In this document: in pieces, positions 50,569 to 64,000 of the stretch
Layout: each line of letters begins with the position of its first letter
Numbering within the stretch: position 1 is the stretch's first letter
From: Azolla caroliniana
Taxonomy: Eukaryota > Plantae > Polypodiophyta
DNA length: 64,000 bases
NCBI GenBank assembly: GCA_043228905.1
Contig: JBHGNT010000005.1
Span: 17,112,001 to 17,176,000 of the forward strand
Reading direction: 5' to 3'
The notes under the pieces: model-generated
What the model was told of the DNA's origin: nothing
The model's database searches: none
The model's input: only the letters and a program-made list of their open reading frames with translations
Translations under genes and position numbers: made by a program

Positions 50569-51506
50569 GATAGATAGATAGATTCTATTATCATCGTTGG
50601 AGGTCAAATATGACCTATGAGACCACGTAATACATGTGCAAGTGAGTAGCAACTCTCGATGTTCAAGAACTTTACCAATAAATTTTGCAATCGAGAGTGC
50701 ACATTGTGGTTGTGAGAGAAATTCACGCAAGGATTGGGTTTGATTGAAAATGTGTGGAAAGCATAGTCAAATATTATCAAAGACAAAGCATTGTGTCAAA
50801 GTGTGATACGTAAACCCTTGAACCTATTTAGGGCAAAGTATGCATAGTCGACCACTCTCATCACTTGTGCCCCAATGCCCTATCTCACATCACAATGCAT
50901 GTGAGCTACATCGCATGGAAGGAATGGTTCAAATGGCAGACAACAGGATGGGCTCTAACGTGTATCGATGTGTATGGCTACCCCGTTCGGCGAACAATAT
51001 GGTTTTGTAGTTAGGTGCAACATGTGTATTATATTATGTGGAGAGTGAGCCTCCACATTTTTCTATGTCATGATACATTAGCATTACAAAATGCCTCATT
51101 TATTGAGGAATCTAGTGATGCATCATGGAGCAAGTTTGTTCAATCCCATCTACCAAACCATTTTTCCATATATTGCATCCAACTGGAACACAAAGTTTTG
51201 TTTTTACACGTTTTTGAATATTTTTGCTTGCTTCCCATGCGATTCTAGGAAGTCGATGTGAGGTAGTTTTTTGAACCTTAACCATGTATTCAACTACCCT
51301 CTCCATGGTCATGATCTCAATAGGTAGTGATCTCATCTCAAGTAGGAGGAGAGTGTATTGTGTTTGTTTCTTAACTTGTAGAAACTTTGTAAAAAAATGT
51401 TTTTGGACATTTTCAAATTGCTTCCAAGTATATTTAGGAATGGTATCACTCCATACTTCCACCTTATAGGAAGCATTGGTGTCACCAAAGTGTCAAAAAG
51501 GTAATT
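50569..51506 (-). mobile_element. 5'-truncated LINE ('LINE-3 copy') with (CTAT)n tail
   Basis: Homologous to 49745-50508 in reverse (EVWSDTIPKYTWKQFENVQKHFF..HRLPRIAWEASK); 3' hairpin at 50601-50616 and GATA-repeat tail at 50569-50584. Confidence 0.85.
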
Positions 51507-53056
51507 CATCAGAGCTGGTTAAAAGGAGGAAAGAACGCGGGGTCAACTTATATGGCAACTAAGGAAGCTCATTGCAACAAGAGGATACTACAACAAAAGG
51601 TAGCTAATTGTTATTTGTCGGTGAGGCCTAATTGGAGACCAAGAAGCTTGGATCCTCATCAAAGCTTGACAATAACATTTTCATTACCTTCTTGTCAAAC
51701 CCCTAAGTGGTCATTTTGATAAAACCATTGTAATCAAGGAAAATTTTGTGAACCCCAAAATATGTAGGCATTTTCTTGTATAATCATATGTTTCTTTGGA
51801 CTTAATCTCGATTATATTGTATTAAACAAGTGTATTTAATGGTAACCTTGTGTTAACCACTTGCGGGCTACCGTGAGAGAGAGGGTGAAGACGATTCACG
51901 ACACCAACCAAGTGAGCCCGGGATTTAGGGAGTATTTAGGGAAAATGATGTTCTCTTTTTTCATGGGTAAGGGAAGAGGAGGAAATTACATGTGAGTCAA
52001 ATTAGTAACTAACTCAAATTTTGACCACAATGGTTTCACATTCTATTTTTCTTTTTCTCATATAATAATATGAAGAGGTATCTAGAATCGTCCAATTGAA
52101 AAAAAGTTTGATTCTTTTTTTCTTTTTTTCTTTTTTCCTTTTTTTCATATAATAATATGAAGGTGAAAAAAAGTCTATCATTGTGCCCAAAACCTTTATG
52201 CATGTATTTGAAAATTGAGGCACATTGCAAGAACTTGCCAAGAGAAGATCATAAGAGCAAATGGATCAAGAACATGTTCTAGGGTTTATGCCTTAATGTG
52301 ATGTACTTTAATTGGTACATACTTCATCATTCAAGACATACATAATGAAAACATTTTTTGGCATGTGGTTTGTAACAAGTTCATGATTTGGTGCCACAAA
52401 ATGTTTGTTAGTGAACATTGAATTGTATTCTAGGGTAAGTTTTCATTTCACTTTATGGGTTGCATATGTATCTCCTCACTTAGGAGCACATAAGCTATCA
52501 TTCTCATTGTGCCATAACTTGATATTGTATCATGTTTTGGCTCTCTCCGTTCACCAACTTCATGGTTTCAACCAATTACACATACAAATAGCTATAAATT
52601 TCATGTAGGCTACTAAAGGATAGGCAATAATATTTTTCAAGTCAATTTATCTTATACATATGTTCTCTATTCATCATGTAGACTTGATGTGTATTTATAT
52701 GTACATCTACAAATTTAACGAGATCAACATTTGCACTAAATCAAGATTCTTCATACATAAATGGATTATGCATTTTCAATGTTAACCATTTTGTAGTAAT
52801 TGGAGGGGCCATGACCATCTGAAAGTTCAGGCCTATTGCTCCCATAAGCTTGACGTTTAGTCAAGGTTCAACATCTAGGAACTCATATAAAGCCAATAAC
52901 TTGCCCAAATACCTAGTCAGTTTGCATACAAGGGGAGCTCTATGTCATGTGATTCTAATAAAGCAAATTATGTAGATACAACTTAGTGGATGACATGAGA
53001 AGTATTGTTCCATCATCCTAGAAAACATCTTCTAAGCATATCATTTACGAAATGCC

Positions 53057-53428
53057 TAACAATCAAGTTTTTTTTTTAACAATTCAATTTGGGGGGTGAA
53101 CGTTCAATTCAGTTCTATTTTATTTTTAACAATTTAAAACCACATAAAAACATGACGGCTTTTTAATTTTTTGCATTTTTTTTTAACTTTTAAACTTTAA
53201 AAAAAATTTAAAAATTTTCAATTTTATTTTTCAAACAACCTCTACATTTTAAAGCCTAATTCTCACATTTTAGGAAAAACCTTTAAATTTTTGAATTTTG
53301 ACCTACATTGAAAACCAAAACCAAACCACAAAACCATGGTTTTAGTGGTTTAATGGTTTAACAATTTGGATTTTTACCTAACAGTTCCATGGTTCTCATG
53401 AACCAAACCAAACCATTGCCAATTGTTA
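53057..53428. mobile_element. Old copy of the same hAT-type MITE family
   Basis: Ends TAACAATC.. / ..TTGCCAATTGTTA; 8-bp TSD GAAATGCC (53049-53056, 53429-53436); AACCG motifs decayed to AACCA/TGGTT. Confidence 0.8.
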
Positions 53429-53835
53429 GAAATGCCTTCCATCCAAGCATTTGGTGCTATCATTTTGATAGTCCTACGTCAAAGGTGTCTTGACATGTCC
53501 ATCACAGGTGGTATGGGGTAACAGGTCTAACTTCAAATTAAAGGTTTTACAAGCAATTACTATGTAGAGCTTTATACACTTCAATGCCTTTCCCCCTCCT
53601 TGGAACCAACTCAAAATTTACCAGTAAGGTGCCACAACCCAGAATCTCATGATGCAACGACAGATACATGTATTAACCAATCCAACCAATGGTTATATCA
53701 ATGATTATATCCTAGAAACCACTTACCTTTGTAAGTAGGACAGAAAATTCCCCGTCTTCCTTACCAGGATAATTAATTATCTTCGAATGAAAGTTATTTG
53801 AGTGCAACATCAACCTTTCGAAGATAATCCATTAA

Positions 53836-53940
53836 CCAAGTATCTTGTGTGGTGTTGAAAAATCCCAGTCAATAAATCTATTCTTGTGTGGTGTTGAATA
53901 ATCCCAAGTATCTTGTGTGGTGTTGAAAAATCTATTCTTG
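53836..53940. repeat. Short tandem repeat (TCTTGTGTGGTGTTGAA x3) downstream of the callose synthase stop
   Basis: Three visible copies. Confidence 0.7.
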
Positions 53941-54182
53941 CATGTTAGTGTGCTCCATCCCAATAGTTGATTGGGGATGTTTACAAATTATAATTATTGC
54001 CATTCATTACAATCAGAATTTGATTGAAAATATAGCCAATCTGGAGATTTTAGGAAAAACTAAACAAGCTCAGATCTGTGAGACCTATTCTTTTGTTTTG
54101 GTTTTGTTCTATCCACAAAGGTGACCCCTATCACCTCCAAAACATCCTATATACATGTTAACTAAGACAAACGTACATTATA

Positions 54183-57100
54183 TTAATTCAGTTTCTTGTC
54201 TTTCCGACCCGTAAGAATACGAGAGATTTGCAATCCTCGGCTGAATGCTTGATTAAAGAGCAGCCGAGTTTGGAAATCCGAAATGAATGGAAACCAAGCC
54301 AATATAGCAACTGGTGCAAACAACAGCAAACCCATTAGAGCATCGTAGCCTCGAGCTAAAGCTTTCACAGAATCCCACATACCAAAACGCTTGACACCGC
54401 TTCTGCATGATTGAGCAATCTGCAAACCAAATAAAACCATATACCAGATAACTTGAATCTTGTAAATCCAATATTGAATAAGATTCTTTTACTCTAAAAA
54501 AGCAGTGGATACAACTGAATATCTGCTAAAACACAATTTTACAGCAGCATCTTAATATTGTGGGTTCAAGACTAAGGTGATGGGCCTAGAATCAACTTTT
54601 CCATTTGAGATTACTGCAACAGAGACTTCAAATTTTGATCATGCAACTCCAAATAATGTAATAGAGATTTTCTGATTAAGAATGGTTGCATCGTGCTAAA
54701 AGACGAGTTAAAATAAGACTTCATAATATGCATACTGTGGGTAGCCATTACCTGAAGAAGTGCCCAACCAGATGGGAGAAATGCAAGAGCACTAACAAAA
54801 AGATCAATAAAAGTGAGATTTCCGACCATAAAAAGGACAACTAGAATAGTCAGTAATGCTGTAAAAATTCCTCCTTTCAACAGCCTATACAAGAGTTGAT
54901 TCTGAGCACCAAAAGTTTTACTCCCAACAGAAACTGCCTGTTGAACGACAAAATATACCCATCACCATTATGCATATTTAGCAGATATAAACAGGTTTTA
55001 GACAATATGCATATTGTAATCACCTTCAGCATTACGAGAGCAAAAACAACCACAAGCCATGATAATACATAGACCTGTAAAATCCAGAAATTTTGGAAAC
55101 GTTTAGTATAGATTGATGTTATCACATTTAAACACATGGATATGACCCTAAACAGCTCTTACCTCAATGCCATTACTTGCACCAGAAATATGAAGGTGGT
55201 AAACTAATCCATATTGGTAAAGAAGAAACCTTCCGGCCAACAGAATCTCAATGGCCTGACCTCCAATGCCTGATCTCTGCAGATGCTCCTGCTCCATTTC
55301 CCACCAAGTCTCCCAACTTTTGTCTGCTAGCACACCAATTCCACCACGATTATTCACCCATTTACTCCAATCTTCCCAGTCATCCACTATCTTCTGCCAC
55401 TCAAAACCAGATGGGTTGAGCAAGAATGGCGCAAAAAGCCATGTCCCAACTAGGAACCATAATGAGAAGGTGATCAAAACGTAAGGCACTGTCTTGTTTG
55501 CAGAAGATCCATAAGCATCATATATGATTAGCAGAATTAAAAGTTCAAGGCCCTTGGTGAAATGACTACGTGAATACAGTCGATAATTTTCTGCAAATTT
55601 GGCATGAAATACTACAAATGAGCGTTTGGACTGAGCATGTTTACTGGGTTTATACTTTGCCCCACCATGTAGCAGGGTTCGGCCATAAAAATGTACTCTC
55701 GTCCCCATCAAGAAAGTAAAAAACACTGAAGCAAGCTGAAGCTGCATAATAACAAATTCACTCAAGGCCTTTCGGAATCCTTCCTCCAAACCTATTTCCA
55801 TAACCATGGGAAGGGAGACAAGAAATCCAATTTGCACAAGAGATTGTGATGCCATGGCCACTTGTAATGATTCATTCTCCTGAAGCCTTGCAGATTCAAG
55901 TTTTTTGTTTGATTCCAATCCGCTAAGGGCCAGATAAATTCGCCCATATAAAAATATATAGACTACCCAAGTAGCAATCTGCACAATCAAATCAAATCAA
56001 GTACTCTGTAAAGACAACATTGTTACTGCTTGGAAACTTTTGCATAGAAACAAACTGAGTAGCAAAGAGAAGCAAAAAGAACACACAAGTGCATTGACAT
56101 AAGGGCCGATAGTGGTATAATAAACCGAACACATTCTGAAGAAATCAACCCCCTGACCAAGACGATAGATATCCCTGCTCATTGTCTGTTCCCCATTTCC
56201 AGTCGCAACCCTGGCTTCAGCTAGAGAAATTTGATTGAGACCCATATTTCGTCCCTTTCCCACTTGAATGTACTCGTGGTGAGATATGCTGCTCCTCCGA
56301 AGTACAGTGTTATATCCTGCACAACCATCGATTCAGAACCATGAACCAACTAAAAATATATCGTGTTTTCACAATGACTTGCTGTATACCTGAAAATATA
56401 TGTTCACTTAAATTTATGATAGGGGAAGCCTTGCTTATTCCACCTCTACTGAGGTGAAAAAGCCTATCAAAGACATCTGAATGGCCATAATGGAAGCGAA
56501 CCCTGTTTCAATAATCAAGATTTTGAACAATACAATCCATCAAACTATTAAATGCAGTCAAACAAAATATCGCACTGTATGTTACTTGAGAGTATTGGCC
56601 AAAACCCGCTGTCCAAGAGTAACAAAAGTAGTTTCCTGGCGTGACATAAATCCTGCTAAAGATGAAACACTGCATTGTGGCATGCTAAGTTAGATACAAT
56701 TGCATTGTGAAGAGAACAAAAACCAAGTCTCAGGTTCTTACCTTCCACTGAAAATGTGTTCACTCATTCCAAGTATAGAAGGAGTTCCAATACCATTATC
56801 CATATGGAACTCTTCCAGCAAATTTCTCATCTTGAGAGCCTCTTCAAGATACGAATCCTGAGATATGGAAAAATGATTGTGGAAATCAATTATAACAGGA
56901 ATATAAAAGTGATATAGCAGGTACTCTTCAAGACTTGCCTGATTCATGTCAACAGCCTGCAATGCATCACCTCGAGTAAAGATTATGGCATGATTCTGGT
57001 TCTCTGCTTTACCCTCTCCTAATATAGGTTCGCCAGGCAACTTGATTTTGTAAATAACCTATTCAGGATAAACAGCATAAATTAATTGAGGAATTGTGAA

Positions 57101-60100
57101 GAAATTTCTTGATGCAAGTTACAATTTCCCCTTTAAAATGCACCCAGAAAACAACATAATTCAATTGGGTAATCACAAACAGATTTATTGATAAATTTTG
57201 CAGTTTCACCTCTAAAATATGCAAGCACAAAAATAGCCAATTTTTGCATCAATTACAGGTGTCTTTTAGTTGGTTTGTAACAAGAGATATGTATACCTGA
57301 TGACTATCGCTGTCCTTAACACCTTTTACAAGGATAGAATAATATTCCTTCTTTTTTCGTTCTTCTACCTCCTCCACATATGCCACTCTCAAACATGGAT
57401 ATCTGTTTTGTCACAGTAACAAATCAGCAAAACAACTTTATGTACACAGATTCTGGTTTTTATCAAATGATGCATATGCATGCCCTTTCATAAAAATTCA
57501 GGGAAATCATATGAATACAAATATACTTAGAACTTACTCTTTAAGTAAGCGCATAATATCATTAGCATGGGATTCTCCAGTACGTTTATGAAATTCATCT
57601 TCTTGGCAACTAACAACATAAGTCAACTTCATGTCAGCAATTGCTTGAATCCTCGTGTGAAGCCGGGCAAGTTCTTTATCATCTGATTTGGTGTCAAGAA
57701 CAGCTTCATATCCTTCAAATATATCTAGGGCATGAAAAACCATATTCTACTTCAGTTTAAAAACAGAACAAGAAACAAAGAATCCAAAGAAAGTATATGA
57801 CTAACCTTTTCTCCCAGCCATGTCAAAAAATGCATGGATCTCAAGTGCTTTTCGATAGTACATCATACCCCTCACTAGCAAAATAGGTGGGAAAATCATA
57901 CATTGTCAATAAGGGCTTGCCCCAGAAAACATGATATTAGAAGTTGCAATTTGAAACTGCAAATTCTCAATTACAGAAACCTAAATTATATCGCACACTA
58001 ATCAGTTTGTAGTGCAAATTTGTTCCTAAAGGTTTTTATTCTTTTAATTTTAATCGCAAGGTACAATATAAAATCATTCTAAGAGTACATGGATTATGTT
58101 TAGGATGTTTTGTGTGATGCTAGGATAGAAGGAGGTTTCCTGGTTCTACATTTACAGTGAACAAAACTTCTTGCTAAAACAACCAAATCTCATTATCATT
58201 TCTGAATCCTTAATCTCAGGGCACAGTAACTCTTTTAACAGGATTTGTAATAATCACAAACATCACGTAAGACATTAGATTTTTCTAAAAGCAGGTGTGA
58301 ACATGAAAGAAAAGTTTTAATGTTTTAGTGTTCTCTGCTTTCGTGAATGTTTATTGTATCTTCTCATTTCATTTCAAGTTGAGAGAAAAACTGTGGACTC
58401 CATTGTGGTTTTCGCTCTGTTTTTCATGTTATGGATCCATATTTTGTAATTCGTTATAACAGTGCCAATAATATCTTAAAATAGGATGGGATGCAATGAT
58501 AATAAAGATGGGGGTGAGGTATAAACGTTGACGAATCAAATAACCCCAAGTGGCACCATTGTACAAGTGATTGAATGTGTAAGCCTTTAGAGAATAGAAG
58601 TTTCTTGTTCCTTAACCCACCATGAAAACCTCCGCATAAATATTCACAGATCAGGGGAACTACTGCACAAACAACAGTATGCTCATAGACAGTCCTTCAT
58701 TGATAAATGTTAGTTGGTTCCATACAGCTTTGTCATTGTTCTGTGTCACATAATATACTATTAGAGATGCAACCTTTCCACGACATATTCTCATAATTTG
58801 ATACAAACTCAATTCTCTGCTTTATCTCAAAATTTATAGTTCGGTTAGCAAAATTATTAATCAGCAATATCATGTAGGCCAGGATTCATATATTTATACT
58901 TCCATATGCATGATTGCATGCAGTATATTGATATGCAATGATGTTTAGTTCTAAATCTCATGCTATGCTGGATACCTTTCCCTCACCTGTTCTTGTTAGT
59001 GTTTGTGCACGATACGAAGCCCATTTACAAACTTCACTAGCAATTTCTTCTGAAAGCCACACTGACTTCTCACCATCTGTATCTTTTATATCCATCCGTT
59101 TCAAGAAATTTTTCCATTCATCTGCTTACGAGTAATTAAAGCATTAGATGTGCCCAAAGATAGACTGAAAAATACTAGCACAAGAGTTGTATATGCATAC
59201 CTGGATATATTTTCTTTAGATAGTATAAAACAGATATCCCATCATCATTCTCCAGCTCAAGAACTTTTTGCGTGAAAATTATATCCTCGCCGAAGTAAGG
59301 AGTCAATATACTGTGAATACATTAAGAAGTTTAAGTAAAATATATACGATATTACAAAGTTACATATAACACTTCTTCAAGTTCAACCTGAAAGATAGGA
59401 CATCCTGGATCCTTGGAGGTTGTGGCATTTGCATAAAAAGAGAGTTTGTAAAAAAAGTTATACGCCGTCTAGCCTCCAGGTTGGAAGGAACATCAACAGA
59501 GGACTCAGTTAAAAGCAAGTGAAGTCGTTTGATCTGCAAGAAAACATTATAGTGATGATTCACAGATTCGTCTCAACGCATATGAAAGGCGGTTCATACC
59601 TTCTTTTTTATTGCATCTCCTTTAGGAGGATACAAGATTGAACCTTTCTGGAATTCAAATCTATGTTTTTCTTTTTCCCATCTTCCATCACTACTCTCAA
59701 AAGGACCTCCAAAATCTCTGAATCAAAACAAAAAGAAACATATTCCATTTCAGACAAACAAATATGTAATGCAATTCCACTCACATGAGCACAGTTCATC
59801 TGCTCATCATCAGTTTCTCATAGATAAAATGATCTGGAAAACGGACTTCAAAATCACGGAAGAAACTAGAAAGAGGGAGAGAAGGAATCATCATGAAACA
59901 TGCAATGTACCAGTACCCAAAACTCGTCAACTTGAGAAAACTACTGGCCAAAATAATCAGTTCAGTATATTTCAATAAACATCAGTATTCCAAAGATAAA
60001 GTGATCTGGAAAATAGACTACTGAATCAATGAAAGAAACTCAAAAGAAAGAGAGAAGGAATCATCGTGAAACATGCAATGTACTGCTACCCAAAAGTTAT

Positions 60101-63100
60101 CAACGTGAGAAAACTACTGCCAAAATAATACGGTCTAGTATATTTCAATAAACATCAGATACTCACTGTTCAAGTTGATTCTTGATATCAACATTGTACA
60201 ATTCAAGTAGATCCTGTAGGAGGTAAGTCAATTGCTCTGCACTATTGGAATCAGATTTTTCCTGAAAAAGGATGTAATTGTCATTTTCTTATGATAGGAA
60301 AGGGTTAGTAGAGATTTGAGAAGAACCAAAATAACTTCTCACCAAAATCTTCACCAGGTCAACTATCTTGCGAAAAAGTGAAACTAAACCAGAAACCCTG
60401 AAATTGTTGAAAAACGTCTTTCCTTGAATGCTGTTTTGGACATCAATAATCACCTCTTCTATAATCCTACATTATCAAACAGAAGAGTTCAATTATTATT
60501 ATCACAGGATTAATATATGAGATATAAATCATTGATTTTCTGCAGTACCTTAATTCACGTTCACCAGTCACTATGCCACGCAGAACCTCTATTAGCAAGT
60601 CATAGCTTTCTATAACAGCACATTTCATATATGGATCATGATCAATCCTTCGAGAGAGCTCCTCATCATTCACTTTTGCTCTATCAGAATACCCTTCAAC
60701 CATATCTATGACTGAAGCTACCTACACCCACACAAATTTGCAAACAATCCGAATCCAAATAGCTATGAGGGTTGAGCTAAACAGATCCAATCAATAGAGA
60801 TGCATAATTTATTAATATGTGCAACCATAAATGTTTGGTTGAGATAGTGTGCCATAAGGAATCAAAACACATAACTACTTGTCATCTAGAACATTTTCTA
60901 CAATACAATGAAGAAATATGTTTTCTGACTTAGAGATAGACATGCTGATTTTTCTACTGTGTCATCTCATCTACAAGTTATTTGCCATGAATCGTGATAA
61001 GATACAGCAAATAGCATAGATAATATCATCTCAATTTTCATAGACTTACTCTTTAACTATTTGCATTTATTGGTTTATTTCTAATGCCTTTAAACTTCTG
61101 TCAAAGGTGAAATAAGAGGCAAGATGATAACCTTATTTGCTAGCAGAAAAGGAGGCCACTGAATGTATTTCATCCGCCGATGTGAGGAATATGGTATCAA
61201 AAGAAGTTCCATTTCTGAAATACTTATGTAATCTTCTTGCCAAAGACTTTTGATAACTGCATTCCAAAGCTGAGAAAACATTGCAACCTGCATCTCTATG
61301 TCAGCTTTCCTGGTATTATCCTACAGGAAATCAAGAATAAAATATTAAATGTCTGTAGGACTGACTAGTTAACATTTAAACATTTAAACAGACACTTCAG
61401 TATCTTCTCTATCTGCTCAACTGAAGCCCCAATAATAAACTTTTCAAATACCTGCCCAGCATGAGGATGTGAATCTTCATGGACAGGGGTATCAACTCGT
61501 TCGCTCTGAAGATTACTATAATGTTCATCTAAAGGTTTGTAAGACTTCTGCAGTGAGAAATATTTGCGGTACCCAGTTGCATTTTCAGCAGGAGTGAGAG
61601 ATATTAAATTGGCATTGAAGGCTCCAGGTAAGGACCGGAACCGTGACTTGAGCATTTCTAATGTTCTAATCTGCCATGCATAATTTTATAGTGAGAGAGC
61701 TATATCAAAATAAAAACCAACATCTTATTCTTATATCACTGTATAAAATATGTAGTCTGAATTACAGATATTTTACCCTACATCATCATACAATATTCTG
61801 TTCGCACAGCCACAAAGAAAATATTAGAATAGCAATGCATCTAATCAAGACAATAACTTTTGATGTTTCCATGAGATCTTTTATCCATGTTACTGTTGAT
61901 AACAATGGGGAAAAACGATTTACTATGAATCAATATATTTGTTTATAAGTTCTTCTTTCATGTTTGAGTTTTGCATGCAAGTTAACATATCGTCATAACC
62001 AGGGTTGTTTTTAAGAAATAATCAATCATACAATATTTCCCCTAATACAACATAATCAGGGTTGTGCCCAAAAAGGTAAAGCGTTCTATAGTTGGCCACC
62101 TTATAACGACCCTGCCTGCTAAGTTGGGATTGCATTGCAGAATCTTGAGGCTTAATAGCATGAAAAATCCTAAAGCTGCAGACGTTATAGCAACTGATAG
62201 ATCCTTTTTTAACAGCATTTACAGAGCTAGCCCATGGAAATTGGATGAGAATAAGGAAAAACTACAAACCTCTCCAACCCGCGATAATGCTCCACTGATG
62301 CCCCCAAAAATAGTGGACCAAATTGCATACCAGATTTGAGTATCCATAAAGTAGATCTACAAAAAAGGAAATCCCAAAATTATAAGGAACTGCAGTGTGA
62401 GAATAATCAGATTTAGCAATGTTATTTGTTTACCAGTATAACAGGTGCCCATAGCAAAAGAATGATGCCAAAATTGTGTTGCTCTGCGAGAGATTAAATT
62501 GCTACTTGAGAAACAGAAATGTCAATAATCATACTCCCAATCGAACATGAAGGAATCACTCATACCATTGGGGAATGGTTTTGCATTAGCTGTCACTGTC
62601 ATGATGTGTTTTGTCGGTTCTACCAATGGTTTTATCTAAAAAATATATGTTTCTCAGTATTGAAAAACTAAAAGTGGCACTAATATAAGATAATCATCTT
62701 CTAAATAACCGTAGCACCCAGAATTTCATCTTAAATACCACATTGATTTACCTCCAAATAATAGCTAAATAGTAGCTTACAAGTGAAAAGCAACACCCAA
62801 AAGAGAGTGTACCTACCAAAAAGCAACCAAATTTTTAACTGCACAGCTACATTTCTATTAACTTAAACAAATATCTTCAGTTCCTGTTTTGTTACTTACT
62901 TGAAAAGAGCATAAGGGTTTTCATGCATACCCCGTCCAATATAGATCCGTGGCTGCAGTACAAATATACTGTTAAGTTTGTCCCACCGGGTCAAAAGAAA
63001 CATGTGCATCTTCTTGTGGCTATGCTGTTACTTTAAAATATGGAAAATATATTCACCTGAGACCACCATAGAAGGACTTTCACAATTGCAAGTTCTGATT

Positions 63101-64000
63101 GTTCAATAACACGCCTTAACATGGGAAAAAGGAACAAGAACACACTGACAGCATCTGGAAACAAGTAGACCAGGACAGCCATCACATAAAGAGATGGGCT
63201 TTGGGACTTCCCTACCCAGTTCTGCAAGATGCTCATCAATCCATTTGAATCTCCCCACGAGTGAGCATAACAAATGGGCAAAGCAATAACCCATCCGAGG
63301 GCAACCAATAACTTCATGACATACCAGACAATGTCAAGGTATTTCATACTTCTCCAAGCCTTAAAGCTCAATCCAATATTTACAACCGCTATAGAGGTTC
63401 ACAAGGTCAGAATATATAATTAAAAATCCTTTTTACCAAATATTCCAAAGCCTCAACCTTAAGAAAATAACATGATATAATTACCTTGAATAAGCCTGAG
63501 AATTGCAGACGTAATAAATATACTTAAAACCTTCTTAAAAACAGATCCAACAAAGAAGAAGCCAATAGAACCACTGCCATTCCATGCTATTATAATCATA
63601 GCCTAAAAGCAGAACAGAAAGTATGGAACAATAAATTCAGGATAACACAACTTTCTATTAAACCACCTTCTCTTGTTAATTAATATTTGTCAATGTTTCA
63701 ATCACTATATTTACAATAACTTCAATACCTGTAATGATAGTATGAAAAAAGACCACATCCTGTCAAAGGTTCTAAATACGTGCCAAAAGGAGCGAGCTTC
63801 CACAAAATTAGATTTTCCCATCCACTTAGATGGTTGATTCATCTGAAATCAAAACCATCATTAAATGCATTTAGAAAATGACATGTTGTACCTGAACATC
63901 TCATTTTTATTTTAGGAGTGCTGCATACATTTCTTACATGACTTACCTTCCATTTCTCTTTAGGCCTCCCCTTGAAGAAATCTCCCTCTGGCCTCATGGG
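54183..64000 (-). CDS. Callose synthase (1,3-beta-glucan synthase, GT48; GSL/CalS family), 5'-partial. 30 exons: >64000-63947, 63842-63729, 63602-63485, 63388-63057, 62952-62900, 62812-62752, 62635-62566, 62483-62434, 62356-62270, 61670-61452, 61320-61132, 60721-60549, 60466-60343, 60261-60167, 59717-59600, 59533-59388, 59310-59201, 59121-58987, 57874-57806, 57724-57538, 57402-57297, 57058-56939, 56857-56742, 56669-56586, 56502-56390, 56316-56087, 55978-55163, 55074-55024, 54937-54752, 54419-54183
   Basis: Motifs [109 protein letters not shown]; exon phases consistent through all 30 exons. Confidence 0.95.
59822..60166. repeat. ~172-bp diverged tandem duplication in a callose synthase intron
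   Basis: GATAAA.TGATCTGGAAAA...GAGAAGGAATCATC.TGAAACATGCAATGTAC...TATATTTCAATAAACATCAG occurs twice. Confidence 0.8.

Noticed and set aside
51507-52000. Possible degenerate LTR or copia fragment
   Set aside because: No partner LTR, PBS or TSD is identifiable by eye.

Overview
Plant nuclear DNA, probably a seed-free land plant such as a fern (inferred from the TE families; not proven). Three spliced host genes: a class-3 (OBL1-like) lipase (+, 5621-8391, 5 exons), a GDSL esterase/lipase (-, 10013-13612, 5 exons) and the 3' 30 exons of a callose synthase (-, 54183 to >64000). The callose synthase frame is intact but its catalytic SED motif reads SEH. A very young intact Ty1/copia element (identical 219-bp LTRs, TSD CAGAT) sits just upstream of the lipase. 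Positions ~14.2-51.5 kb form a nested TE island with three LINE copies, three decayed copia elements, three gypsy elements, five solo LTRs and a hAT-type MITE; a second, older MITE copy lies at 53 kb. Main observations: (1) two gypsy elements with unrelated LTRs both lack a polypurine tract and instead carry a sense copy of a tRNA-Arg 3' end (GTCCCACRGGCGTGCCA) 2 nt before the 3' LTR, inside a covarying hairpin, suggesting tRNA- or hairpin-primed plus-strand synthesis; (2) four insertions of a TGTCG...CGACA LTR clade all have 4-bp TSDs at ACGT/ACGC; (3) the callose synthase may be catalytically altered.
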